Sequence record: PV764938.1
Reading direction: 5' to 3' (one strand)
Length of the DNA: 64,000 nt
This document shows, in pieces, positions 35,664 to 44,910 of this stretch. The translations under genes were made by a program, and so were the position numbers. Positions within the stretch are counted from its first letter, which is position 1; each line of letters starts with the position of its first letter. The notes under the pieces were generated by a model. It was not told the origin of the DNA, did no database searches, and worked only from the letters and a program-made list of their open reading frames with translations.

Positions 35664-36556
35664 CACAAGTTCTCGATGCAGACGCTGATGTCTGTTTGAG
35701 CGGTGGTGCTGATGGTGCAGACCTGCAATGGGGTCTGCAAGCGGGCAAAGCCGGACACGGAGTAATTCACTGGAGCTTCTCTGGGCATCGCTCGCAAGCT
35801 CCTGAACAGGAACTTGTCCGCTTAACACAGGAACAGCTTGAGCTAGCGGACACTGCTGTAGCGCGTGCCAACATCTCACTCAAGCGTCGTTGGCCCTCTT
35901 CAAGCATTTTCACGAACAACCTGTTGCGTCGCAATTGGTATCAAGTCAAAGACACCCAAAGCCTTTATGCGGTTGCTGAATTCTCCTGGGATAAGGGAGT
36001 TTCCGGCGGAACCGCATGGGCCGTGCAAATGTACTTGGATCGCTTCCTCATTGATGGCGAGCCAATGGAACGCTGCAAAGTCTACGTGTTGGACAAAAAC
36101 TCCTTGCATTGGCATACCTGGGACGGAACAAAGTGGACCAACATGCTGAGCCGTCCTCCGAAGCCTACGGGACTTTGGACCGGTATCGGATCACGTGAGT
36201 TGTCGGCGCTTGCACGGGTTGAAATCCGCAAGCTCATGGGCACCTATGTGTTGGATGAGCAACAGTTGGCCTCACTGTTTCCGATTGTTGAAGAACCAAA
36301 AGTCAACGACATCATTTATGTTCCTGACCACAAGGTTCCCGGGCAAGGTGCAATGAATCGTGCTGGTGGATGGGCGACAGTACGTCGTTTGTCCACGGGT
36401 GACCGACTTTGGGTGAGCGTAGTCGAGTTTTCCAACAATGAGGAATTCGATTGGAACACATTGAAGGACCAACAAATCGCTCTCCGTAAGCAATTTGGTA
36501 CCAATCGAGCAATGTCTAAGCCCGATTTCTCTCCCGAAAATAACAAAACCGTATAG
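35642..36556 (+). CDS. SLOG-superfamily (DprA/YpsA-like) nucleotide-binding protein
   Basis: LSGGADGADLQW, LLRRNWYQV, GGTAWAVQM. Confidence 0.65.
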   Translation: MDASQSLTQVLDADADVCLSGGADGADLQWGLQAGKAGHGVIHWSFSGHRSQAPEQELVRLTQEQLELADTAVARANISLKRRWPSSSIFTNNLLRRNWYQVKDTQSLYAVAEFSWDKGVSGGTAWAVQMYLDRFLIDGEPMERCKVYVLDKNSLHWHTWDGTKWTNMLSRPPKPTGLWTGIGSRELSALARVEIRKLMGTYVLDEQQLASLFPIVEEPKVNDIIYVPDHKVPGQGAMNRAGGWATVRRLSTGDRLWVSVVEFSNNEEFDWNTLKDQQIALRKQFGTNRAMSKPDFSPENNKTV

Positions 36557-36665
36557 TCAAAGGGATAGGCCTCAAAACACGCCATATAAGAACGGTGCGG
36601 ATAAATAAGAGAACTTAGGGCGTCCTTTAGCCCTAAAACCGTTCGTTCTTATAAGGGGTTTCAAC

Positions 36666-39600
36666 ATGGCCTATCCACTAAGTTCTCCAGGCGTTGATGT
36701 TAGCGTAACAGACGAAAGTTTCTACGCGACATCCGGCGATGGCACTGTCCCTCTGTTTATTCTTGGTACACACGAGTACAAGACACATCCAAATGGCACA
36801 GACATTTCTTCTGGTACTCTTCCAGAGAATGCAAACAAGCTTTACCTAGTCACAAGCCAGCGTGAGTTGGTTCAGACATTCGGTAACCCAATCTTCTATC
36901 AGAAGAATGGCACTTCCCGTCACGGTTACGAAACAAACGAATATGGTCTGTGGGCTGCTTACTCGTACCTGGGTATGGCTAACAAGGCTTTCATCATTCG
37001 TGGTTCCGTTGACTACGCTCAGTTGTTCCCACGCACTGCTGAACCAGTTGGTGAGCCATTCGCTGGTACATACTGGCTCGACACCGCAAACACTTCTTGG
37101 GGTATTCACGAAGGTATCGATTCTACATTCCCAGGTTCTGCTTGGGTTTCGCAGAAGACAATCGTTATCGACGAAGCCGCAGAAGTTGAACACCGCGTAA
37201 TCGGTTCCGTAGTATTTGACGCTTCCACAGATCAGGCAATCGCAACTGCTGGTAACCTCGTCATCAACGGTCAGACTGTTGCTCTCACAGGTGGCGCAAC
37301 TCTCCAGGACGTTGCAACGGCAATCAACGCCGCAGCAATCACTGGCGTTTCCGCTAGCATCTTCCAGCTCTCCGGTAAGTCCCGTCTGCTTATCCGCAAC
37401 ACCGTAACAAACGGCGCAGTAAGCATCGGCAACACAAGCACTCCAGCGGTTCTGGTTGCTCTGGGTCTCAACGGTCAGGAAGAAGCCAACTACGGTCCAC
37501 GTAGCACAATCGGCCTTGATGGCGAATTTGCAATTGTTCTCACAGAGCACAATGACAACGAAGTATACCAGAAGCTTCGCGCTGGTGGTGTAGAGTTCGC
37601 AAACGATCCATTGGCTATGAGCTTCTGGTTCAAGGTTGGTACAGCTAACTGGAAGGCTGCAACTCCGACTCGCGTTGCCGGTAACAACCTGGGCACAGGC
37701 GCAATCGCTGCTATCGATACGAAGACATTGACGATCAATGTAAGCAACGATGTTCTCAGCGCAGTTGACGTAACATTCACAGGCACAACTCTCACAGTCG
37801 CAGACATTGCAACGGAAATCAACACGGTTCTCGCTGCTTTGGTTGGTGATGCTGCAAAGGGTATCACAGCAACAAGCATTCAGGCATTTGCACAGAATGG
37901 TTCGCTGGTTCTCGTTAACAAGATCGGCGGCGACGTTGTTCTCGATAGCGACTCCGATGCCGCTGTTATCCTGGGTGTTGAAACAAAGTTTGGTGTAGCT
38001 CTCCGCTTCTCGCCGCACTACACGATTCCATCCCGTGTTGACGATCTCGGTCGTAAGCGCGTAACTGCTGGTGACGTTTGGATCAACACAACTGCTCCTA
38101 ACAACGGTGCAAACTGGGTTGTAAAGTATTTCAACGGCGACACCGGTCTGTGGAACACAATCACAGCACCGATGCTCGAAAATGACATCGCAGCTAACTC
38201 GCTGTTTGGTATCAATAAGGGTATCGGCTCCCTGTACGTTCGTTACAATCTGAACGGTACAACTGGCGCTCCAATCGGTTCGCACGAACTGCGTCGTTGG
38301 AACGGCATTGTTTGGGAACCACTCGTATACAACTACGGTCCAGTTGCTCCAACTACGGATGCCGAAGAAGGTACTCTGTGGTTCAACGACAACTTCCGCG
38401 TTGACATTATGATCAACGATGGTGACCAGTGGGTTGGTTACAAGAACTTCCCAGGCAACATCGGCACAAGCCAGAACGGTGTAATCCTTTCGGGTTCTAC
38501 TCCGACACTTCAGCAGAATGGTCAGCCACTGTCCAACAATGATCTGTGGATCGATACGACGGATACAGAAAACTATCCGAAGCTGTATCGTTACGAAGCA
38601 GCAACTCGTAACTGGGTTCTCATCGATAACACAGACTCGACAACACCTTTCGGTATCGTATTTGCTGATGCGCGTGCAACTGCAAACGGTCTCCGTAGCG
38701 GTCCACAAGATGCGGCTTCGATGCTTGCTTCTAACTTCCTAGACCCAGATGCTCCGGATCCACGTTTGTACCCAGAAGGCACACTTCTGTTCAACACACG
38801 TTACAGCACAAACAACGTTAAGGAATGGCGTCCAAACTATTTCGCTGGCGAGTTTGAGTCCACCGACTACACACTCACAGACTACGATGTAGGCTTCTCG
38901 ACATTCGACCCGCTTGTTGATGTTGGTCGTTGGGTTACTGTTTCGGGCAACGCGGCTGATGGTTCGCCGAACATGGGTCGTAAGGCTCAGCGTGCAATCA
39001 TCGTTCGTGCCCTCACAAGCACAATCAACACAAACGAAGACATTCGCGCAGAATCGATCTACTTCAACCTGATCGCAGCACCTGGTTACCCAGAACTTAT
39101 CGATGAGATGGTCACACTGAACACCGATAAGAAGGAAGTTGCTTTCGTTGTTGGTGACACTCCGATCCGTCTCGGTTCTTCGGCTACTGAGATCCAGAAG
39201 TACGCAAACGTTGAACTCTCCGGCGCTATCAGCAACGGCGAAGATGGTATCACAACATTCAACCCATACGTTGGTGTTTACTACCCATGGGGTCTCGGTT
39301 CCAACGTTGATGGCTTTGAAATCATGGTCCCACCATCGGCTATGGCTCTTCGTTCGATCGCATACTCGGACAGTGTTGGCTACCCATGGTACGCTCCTGC
39401 TGGTACAACACGTGGTCTCGTAACAAACGCAACAAACGTTGGTTACCTGACAGACGAAGACGAGTTCCGCTCGGTACTGTTGAACCAGGCACAGCGTGAC
39501 GTGCTCTACAACAATAACATCAACCCAATCGCGTACATTCCAAACCGCGGTCTGATGTTGTACGGTCAGAAGACACGTTCGTCCACAGCAAGCGCACTTG

Positions 39601-39941
39601 ATCGCATTAACGTTGCTCGTTTGATCAACCACATGCGTTACAACCTGGACAACTTGAGCCGTCCGTTCTTGTTCGAGCCTCATACGTTCCATACACGTGA
39701 CTCCATCCGTATCGCTTTCGAGCGTTACTTGGCTTCGCTTGTAAATCTGAACGCAATGTACGACTTCATCGTAGTTTGCGATGAAACCAACAACACACCA
39801 GATCGTATCGATCGTAATGAGTTGTGGGTAGACGTTGCGATTCAGCCGGTTAAGGCAATCGAGTTCATCTACATTCCGATCCGTATCGTTAATACCGGAG
39901 ATGATCTCTCCGAGCTTTACGCGGCATCGACAACACTATAA
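36666..39941 (+). CDS. Tail sheath protein (T4 gp18-like), 1091 aa with large insertions
   Basis: LSSPGVDVSVTDES, NEYGL.AAYSYLG, WYAPAGTTRG, RD.LY.NNINPI, GQKT, ALDRINVARL, CDETNNTP..IDRNELWVDVAIQPVKAIEFIYI. Confidence 0.95.
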   Translation: MAYPLSSPGVDVSVTDESFYATSGDGTVPLFILGTHEYKTHPNGTDISSGTLPENANKLYLVTSQRELVQTFGNPIFYQKNGTSRHGYETNEYGLWAAYSYLGMANKAFIIRGSVDYAQLFPRTAEPVGEPFAGTYWLDTANTSWGIHEGIDSTFPGSAWVSQKTIVIDEAAEVEHRVIGSVVFDASTDQAIATAGNLVINGQTVALTGGATLQDVATAINAAAITGVSASIFQLSGKSRLLIRNTVTNGAVSIGNTSTPAVLVALGLNGQEEANYGPRSTIGLDGEFAIVLTEHNDNEVYQKLRAGGVEFANDPLAMSFWFKVGTANWKAATPTRVAGNNLGTGAIAAIDTKTLTINVSNDVLSAVDVTFTGTTLTVADIATEINTVLAALVGDAAKGITATSIQAFAQNGSLVLVNKIGGDVVLDSDSDAAVILGVETKFGVALRFSPHYTIPSRVDDLGRKRVTAGDVWINTTAPNNGANWVVKYFNGDTGLWNTITAPMLENDIAANSLFGINKGIGSLYVRYNLNGTTGAPIGSHELRRWNGIVWEPLVYNYGPVAPTTDAEEGTLWFNDNFRVDIMINDGDQWVGYKNFPGNIGTSQNGVILSGSTPTLQQNGQPLSNNDLWIDTTDTENYPKLYRYEAATRNWVLIDNTDSTTPFGIVFADARATANGLRSGPQDAASMLASNFLDPDAPDPRLYPEGTLLFNTRYSTNNVKEWRPNYFAGEFESTDYTLTDYDVGFSTFDPLVDVGRWVTVSGNAADGSPNMGRKAQRAIIVRALTSTINTNEDIRAESIYFNLIAAPGYPELIDEMVTLNTDKKEVAFVVGDTPIRLGSSATEIQKYANVELSGAISNGEDGITTFNPYVGVYYPWGLGSNVDGFEIMVPPSAMALRSIAYSDSVGYPWYAPAGTTRGLVTNATNVGYLTDEDEFRSVLLNQAQRDVLYNNNINPIAYIPNRGLMLYGQKTRSSTASALDRINVARLINHMRYNLDNLSRPFLFEPHTFHTRDSIRIAFERYLASLVNLNAMYDFIVVCDETNNTPDRIDRNELWVDVAIQPVKAIEFIYIPIRIVNTGDDLSELYAASTTL

Positions 39942-39948
39942 TTGGAGT

Positions 39949-39972
39949 AGCCCGGGTTCGTCCCGGGCTTTT
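39949..39972 (+). terminator. Intrinsic terminator after the sheath gene
   Basis: AGCCCGGG-TTCGT-CCCGGGCT-TTT. Confidence 0.8.
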
Positions 39973-40021
39973 CCTTGACTTCCATTGGATTTTCCTGCAG
40001 ACTGGGTGAAAGGAGAATCAA

Positions 40022-40243
40022 ATGGCCAAGACCCTATATGGCGAACACGAGTATGCCCACGTCCAAACCTTGAATGTGGATTATGCGATGGAGATCCTCT
40101 ATAACGAGGGTGTCTTCTTCCACTGGTTCAAGCGTCAGTACGAAACCATGGAAGAATTCAAAGAGAAAGATCCGATCGGCTATGGCGAATTCGGCGGCAT
40201 TGTAGAGCGAATTTTGCTCGCATCAGTGCAGGAAAAAGGTTGA
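40022..40243 (+). CDS. Hypothetical protein
   Basis: 73 aa, AAGGAG RBS, TTGACT promoter upstream. Confidence 0.6.
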   Translation: MAKTLYGEHEYAHVQTLNVDYAMEILYNEGVFFHWFKRQYETMEEFKEKDPIGYGEFGGIVERILLASVQEKG

Positions 40244-40268
40244 ATCCAGAACCGGTTTACTCTATATT
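40240..40268 (+). promoter_or_regulatory. Sigma70-type promoter for the putative large ncRNA
   Basis: TTGAAT-N17-TATATT. Confidence 0.6.
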
Positions 40269-40274
40269 AACGAT

Positions 40275-41047
40275 ATAACGGTCACTGAGGAGCAATCCTG
40301 AACCTATAACTTCTACACTTGTCGACTAGGCCGCTATTTCTAAAGCGTAAGGATATGCCGGGACTAGAAATCCTGGGTGTGTAGGAGGTGCCGGAATTAA
40401 CCGGCCATAGTGGTCGGCTCGCCTGGTGAAACAGGTGGGCGAGTTTCGGAGTGGGCTTGTCCTACTCAGATGGAGAATGAATGCCCGATAATGAAACTCA
40501 TCGGCAGCTCGGTAGCAATGCAGCACGGGTGTTAAGTAGTTGATAGTCTCTGTTCAGACTTGATACGAAATGAAAAGGGTAGTGAACCCATAGTAATATG
40601 GCGGAGCAGGACGGAACAACCCTCATTCATCTCCTGATCGAACAACTTTTTGAACTAATTATTGACGTATCCGTAAAAGGTTGCGTAAATAAAGACGAAG
40701 CCGACGTAAAAGGGTTATCTTTATCAAGCACAGTGTCTTATAGGCAAAAGGCTTGCACAAGGTCCAAGTCGTCCGAAAGGATGCAATAACTCTAGCTTTG
40801 CCGAAAGCCTTCGGGCAATCGGATGCCGGTTTAGGGAGTGGAGCGCCTAGGCGTGTTGAAGCTTACCTAGATTTGGTAGCGTTTCCCTTTACTCACTTGC
40901 TTCTCAAACTAACAGCCTCACTAAAAGAGAGCACTGTTAGCTGGCCGTTTAGGCTTAAGATGCGGACCAAAGCAAGATATAAAGCCATAACCGTTTGACC
41001 TACGGGTGCAAACAACACAGCCTAGTTCTTCGGAGCTAGGCTTTTTC
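40275..41047 (+). ncRNA. Putative large (~770 nt) highly structured non-coding RNA
   Basis: No credible RBS-led ORF; more than 12 hairpins with GNRA/UUCG loops, long-range helices, own promoter and terminator. Confidence 0.65.
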
Positions 41048-41052
41048 TTTTT
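41019..41052 (+). terminator. Intrinsic terminator ending the putative ncRNA
   Basis: AGCCTAGTTC-TTCG-GAGCTAGGCT-TTTTCTTTTT. Confidence 0.85.
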
Positions 41053-41112
41053 CTTATATTGTAAATGGTTTGTTAACCTAGTATGGTTCGGTCATCAACA
41101 ACAGGAGCTGAT

Positions 41113-41790
41113 ATGTCCTTCAACGTACCAATGAGCAATGTGAGCATGACGCTCAACGCCGACGAATTCATCACGTCGGAATCCGCAAAGCTTGTCTTCA
41201 CGGCAACCTATGCACTGACCGACCCGGCCGCCGACGCAAAGGGTGAAATCCTCGAAGCAGCCAAGAAGCTCTACAACGGCGAATGGTTCGTCACGGGCGT
41301 TTATCGCGAAGATAGCTCCGCCGGCATCGAAACCGTCACTTACAACCTGAGCATCCGTGTTCCGGAAAACTTCGTCAACTCCGTCCGCAGCGGCATCAAG
41401 AACGTCAACCGTTCCGGCTTGAAGTTTGAACTTCACTCCACCGACTACACGCCGACCCAGGCACAGATCGAGGAAGGCAACAAGAGCCTCCGTAAGAAGA
41501 TCTACGCCAAGGCCAACGAGGAACTCGAAATCCTCAACGCCGAAACTTCCGGCAAGGAATCCGACGAGAAGTGGGTTCTCGGTTCCGTTAACTTCAACAA
41601 CAATGGCGGCGCTGTTTCCAAGGCCAACATGCTCCGTACTGCATCGACCGCGATGATGTACGAAAGCGTCGGCAATGCTGCTGGCGGTGGTGCTGCTGGT
41701 GATGACGACGACGGCGAGGCCGGCGTTACTCAGAAGCTCGTTCTCTCGGCTTCGGTCAACTTCACCCGCAAGATCTACACCCGACTCTAA
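41113..41790 (+). CDS. SIMPL/DUF541-like protein (tentative)
   Basis: AGGAG RBS; architecture resembles SIMPL (KLVFTA...FELHSTDY...IY.KA..E...LGSVNF...QKLVLSASVNF); no signal peptide. Confidence 0.4.
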   Translation: MSFNVPMSNVSMTLNADEFITSESAKLVFTATYALTDPAADAKGEILEAAKKLYNGEWFVTGVYREDSSAGIETVTYNLSIRVPENFVNSVRSGIKNVNRSGLKFELHSTDYTPTQAQIEEGNKSLRKKIYAKANEELEILNAETSGKESDEKWVLGSVNFNNNGGAVSKANMLRTASTAMMYESVGNAAGGGAAGDDDDGEAGVTQKLVLSASVNFTRKIYTRL

Positions 41791-41833
41791 TAGGTCTTGA
41801 CTTTGAAGTCGGATTCCAGTATAACTGGATCCG

Positions 41834-42157
41834 ATGACAAAGGAAAAAGAGCTGTTTTACGAGGAGTGTGCGAAGATCCTCGAGGTAGATCACAACTACC
41901 AGGTGCCCTATTCGGCTTACAAATGGCCGAATAGATGGAACAACAGAGCGCCCGGAAATGGGCGCTTTGAAGGCCGTGGGTGCATTATGATGTACGGGGC
42001 AACCTGCATTCATATTATGCTACACACACCTCAGAAAGTTAATTGTCGGGTCAGTTCGGCTGATCAGGCTTATGAGATTCTGAGGACGATAATGGGTAAC
42101 GGAACAAATATTGGAAGCGTTAGGGTTGGCGAGGACGACCCATTATCCGAAGCCTAA
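41834..42157 (+). CDS. Hypothetical protein
   Basis: TTGACT-N17-TATAAC promoter; RWNNRAPGNGRF motif. Confidence 0.6.
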   Translation: MTKEKELFYEECAKILEVDHNYQVPYSAYKWPNRWNNRAPGNGRFEGRGCIMMYGATCIHIMLHTPQKVNCRVSSADQAYEILRTIMGNGTNIGSVRVGEDDPLSEA

Positions 42158-42300
42158 GCCGATCTGCAGTGAATTTCACTGTTGCAAAATAGAGAAAAAA
42201 CTATTATTGGGTAATGCCCCAAGGGAGAGCATGTCTCTCCTTTGGATCGAAATGTAAGGAAATTGCCCCAAAAGGGCCGGATGAGAAGGAGAGGTCAACA

Positions 42301-43965
42301 ATGACTCGACAGACTGATATGGTAAAGGGCCGTGAGGATATGGTCCGCAACAACGCCGGCGGTTTCACTTTCAAGGTGTCCGATATGGATCGCCTTGACC
42401 GCTTCCTGGTTCTCGGAACCGAAGGCAATACCTATTATCAGGGCGGAGCTCAGCTGGCGAAGGAAAACGCTCAGCACGTTATCTCCCTACTTCGTAAGGA
42501 CCCAAAGGGAGCCATCGACCGTGTTGTTGAAGTGAGCAAGGCTGGCCGTGCGCCGAAGAATGAATACGCGCTATTCGTTCTCGCGCTTGCCGCATCGGAC
42601 ACTTCCGAAGACACACGGCGAATGGCATTTGAGGCACTTCCGCAGGTAGCCCGTACGGGTACTCATCTGTTCGAATTCGTGTCCTACGCCGAACAGTTCC
42701 GTGGTTGGGGCGCAGCAATGCGCAAGGCTATCGGCCGTTGGTACACGGAAAAGACTCCTGACGCGCTTGCGTATCAGGTTGTCAAGTACCAGTCGCGTGG
42801 TGGTTGGTCCAACCGAGACCTTCTCCGTCTCGCACACCCAAAGGCGAAGGATGACTCCTTCGACGCGGTTTTCCGTTGGGTTGCAGGCGGTCCGGAAGGC
42901 CTGAAGGCTTCCACTCACGCTGGTGGTAACTCGAAGGCAGCGCCCAAGCTGACCCAGCGTAAGGATGTTACGGCGGCTCTGCCGGGTATCATCCAGGCGT
43001 TCGAAGAGGCAAAGACTTGCGGTGAAAACCGTCTGGTCGCGCTGATTCGTGACCACAACCTGCCGCGTGAAGCTGTTCCTACGGAGCACCTGAACTCGGT
43101 GAAGGTGTGGGAAGCACTTCTCGAGAAGATGCCGATGACTGCTATGGTTCGTAACCTGGCCACGATGACCCGCAATGGTCTCCTGGACTCGGTAACTGCG
43201 AAGCAGAAGGTTCTCGACACGCTCTCGAACCAGGCAGCCCTGACGAAGTCCCGCATCCACCCGATGCAGGTTCTGATGGCGCTGAAGACCTACGAGGCCG
43301 GCCGCGGTGTACGAGGATCCAACACTTGGACTCCACACAAGGACATCGTGAAGGCTCTCGATAGCGCGTTCTACTTGACGTTCGGTAACGTAACTCCGAC
43401 GAACAAGAAGACCGTTTTGGGCCTGGACGTTTCGGGTTCGATGACGTACGGCGATATCGCTGGTTTCATCGGTCTTAACCCGCGCATCGCATCGATTGCA
43501 ATGGCGCTAGTCACTGCAAACGTTGAGCCGGACTACCGACTCATCGCATTCACTCCTGGTGGCTTCTCCCCGAACACGGGCGGCCGTTCCTGGGGCGGTG
43601 GTTCTTCCGTTAAGGAAATCCACTTGGATCCGAAGGGTGGTCTGACCAAGGCGATTGCGGCTGTCAACAACATGCCGTTCGCCGGCACGGATTGCTCGCT
43701 GCCAATGCTGTGGGCTGACCATGTCGGTTACGCTGCGGAGAACTTCTCCGTATACACAGACAACGAAACCTATGCGGGTTCCGTACATCCGTTCCAGGCG
43801 CTGAAGACGTTCCGCGTAAAGCACAACGTCGCAGCAAAGCTGGCAGTGTTCGGTATGACGTCGACTGGATTCACGATCGCAGACCCGACCGACGCGGGTA
43901 TGATGGACTTTGTTGGCTTTGACTCCGCAGCGCCGGAACTAGCTCAGCAGTTCTTCGCAAAGTGA
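42301..43965 (+). CDS. Ro60/Rsr-like RNA-binding protein (TROVE + vWA)
   Basis: NNAGG, DRFLVLGTEG.TYY, RTGTHLF, KYQSRGGWSNRDLLRLAHP, RIHP, MIDAS DVSGSM, TDNET, FVGFDS; AGGAGAGG RBS before ATG 42301. Confidence 0.95.
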   Translation: MTRQTDMVKGREDMVRNNAGGFTFKVSDMDRLDRFLVLGTEGNTYYQGGAQLAKENAQHVISLLRKDPKGAIDRVVEVSKAGRAPKNEYALFVLALAASDTSEDTRRMAFEALPQVARTGTHLFEFVSYAEQFRGWGAAMRKAIGRWYTEKTPDALAYQVVKYQSRGGWSNRDLLRLAHPKAKDDSFDAVFRWVAGGPEGLKASTHAGGNSKAAPKLTQRKDVTAALPGIIQAFEEAKTCGENRLVALIRDHNLPREAVPTEHLNSVKVWEALLEKMPMTAMVRNLATMTRNGLLDSVTAKQKVLDTLSNQAALTKSRIHPMQVLMALKTYEAGRGVRGSNTWTPHKDIVKALDSAFYLTFGNVTPTNKKTVLGLDVSGSMTYGDIAGFIGLNPRIASIAMALVTANVEPDYRLIAFTPGGFSPNTGGRSWGGGSSVKEIHLDPKGGLTKAIAAVNNMPFAGTDCSLPMLWADHVGYAAENFSVYTDNETYAGSVHPFQALKTFRVKHNVAAKLAVFGMTSTGFTIADPTDAGMMDFVGFDSAAPELAQQFFAK

Positions 43966-43971
43966 AGTAAT

Positions 43972-43998
43972 AATGGCCGGAGGAAACTCCGGCCATTT
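43972..43998 (+). terminator. Hairpin/terminator after the Ro60 gene
   Basis: AATGGCCGGAG-GAAA-CTCCGGCCATT. Confidence 0.75.
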
Positions 43999-44043
43999 CC
44001 ATGACTTCCAGCTAAATAGTTCAAAACAGCTGGAGTTACTGAC

Positions 44044-44244
44044 GTGTTTCAGGGAGCATCATACGGAGTTCGGGTTATCGGAAATCTCATTCTGATCTGT
44101 CTGATACTCACGATCATTGCTTACGGTTCTGCCGTAACCTATGAGAAAGAAACGGGCACGTTGATGGCTCGTGAATCCGAACAAACTCTTCCTACCCATC
44201 GTGACCGTTATATGGAAACCAGTAACTTCCCAAGTCACGATTAA
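44044..44244 (+). CDS. Small single-pass membrane protein
   Basis: VIGNLILICLILTIIAYG hydrophobic segment; GGAG RBS with GTG start; TAAATA upstream. Confidence 0.45.
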   Translation: MFQGASYGVRVIGNLILICLILTIIAYGSAVTYEKETGTLMARESEQTLPTHRDRYMETSNFPSHD

Positions 44245-44313
44245 CCGCGTATATAAAAAAATTCGACTGTTCTGGTAAATATCTAAAATGTTTGCTAAAC
44301 AGGAGAATTTCCC

Positions 44314-44898
44314 ATGGCAGAAACCCTTTCTAAATTCGGCGTTCCGCTGGGTGGCGGCTCTGGCCGTGGCGGTATCCTACAGCCCAAGTACAAGTATCGC
44401 TTCCGCGTCCGCGTTGTAAACTTCGGACCAGTAGCCGGCGGTATTGAATTGACTCAGCAGGTTCAGAGCGTTGCAAAGCCAACTCTCGGTCACGAATCCG
44501 TTGCTGTTCATTCCTACAACAGCACTGGTTACTACGCTGGTAAGCACACATGGGAAACTATTTCCCTTGTTGTGAAGGACGACATCACCAACAGTGTTAG
44601 CCGTCTCGTTGGTCACCAGCTACAGAAGCAGTTGAACCACTTCGAACAGACTGGTTTCACAAGCGGCGTCAACTACAAGTTCGTTATGCTCATCGAGACA
44701 ATGGACGGTGGTAACGACGGCGTTCTCGAAACTTGGACACTCGAGGGTTGCTTCATTGAAAACGTTGACTATTCCGAACTCGCATACGATGATTCGTCCT
44801 TCCAGACAATCACAATGAGCATTCGTTATGACAACGCAACACTCGCAGACGGTCTGATGACAGCTCTGCCAGAGTCGATCGCTGGTACACGCCTCTAA
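44314..44898 (+). CDS. Tail tube protein (T4 gp19-like)
   Basis: ILQPKYKYRFRV, LTQQV.SV.KP, YYAGKHTWETI, LETWTLEGCF, ITMSIRYDNA; TAAATA at 44276-44281. Confidence 0.85.
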   Translation: MAETLSKFGVPLGGGSGRGGILQPKYKYRFRVRVVNFGPVAGGIELTQQVQSVAKPTLGHESVAVHSYNSTGYYAGKHTWETISLVVKDDITNSVSRLVGHQLQKQLNHFEQTGFTSGVNYKFVMLIETMDGGNDGVLETWTLEGCFIENVDYSELAYDDSSFQTITMSIRYDNATLADGLMTALPESIAGTRL

Positions 44899-44910
44899 TA
44901 GGATAGACCA

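Noticed and set aside
36846-39692. Long antisense ORFs opposite sheath, nrdA, uvsX, gp32 and Ro60 (e.g. 36846-38708, 48501-50129)
   Set aside because: Shadow ORFs produced by strong codon bias on the coding strand; no RBS or domain signal.
40326-40998. Short ORFs in the track (40326-40526, 40598-40789, 40753-40998)
   Set aside because: No convincing RBS, atypical composition, and they overlap the hairpin-dense region.
40275-41047. Group I intron reading of the large structured region (AAGATATAAAGCC and GTTCAGACT loosely resemble S and R elements)
   Set aside because: No interrupted gene flanks it, it has its own promoter and terminator, and the matches are partial. Not supported by eye, though cmscan should still test it.
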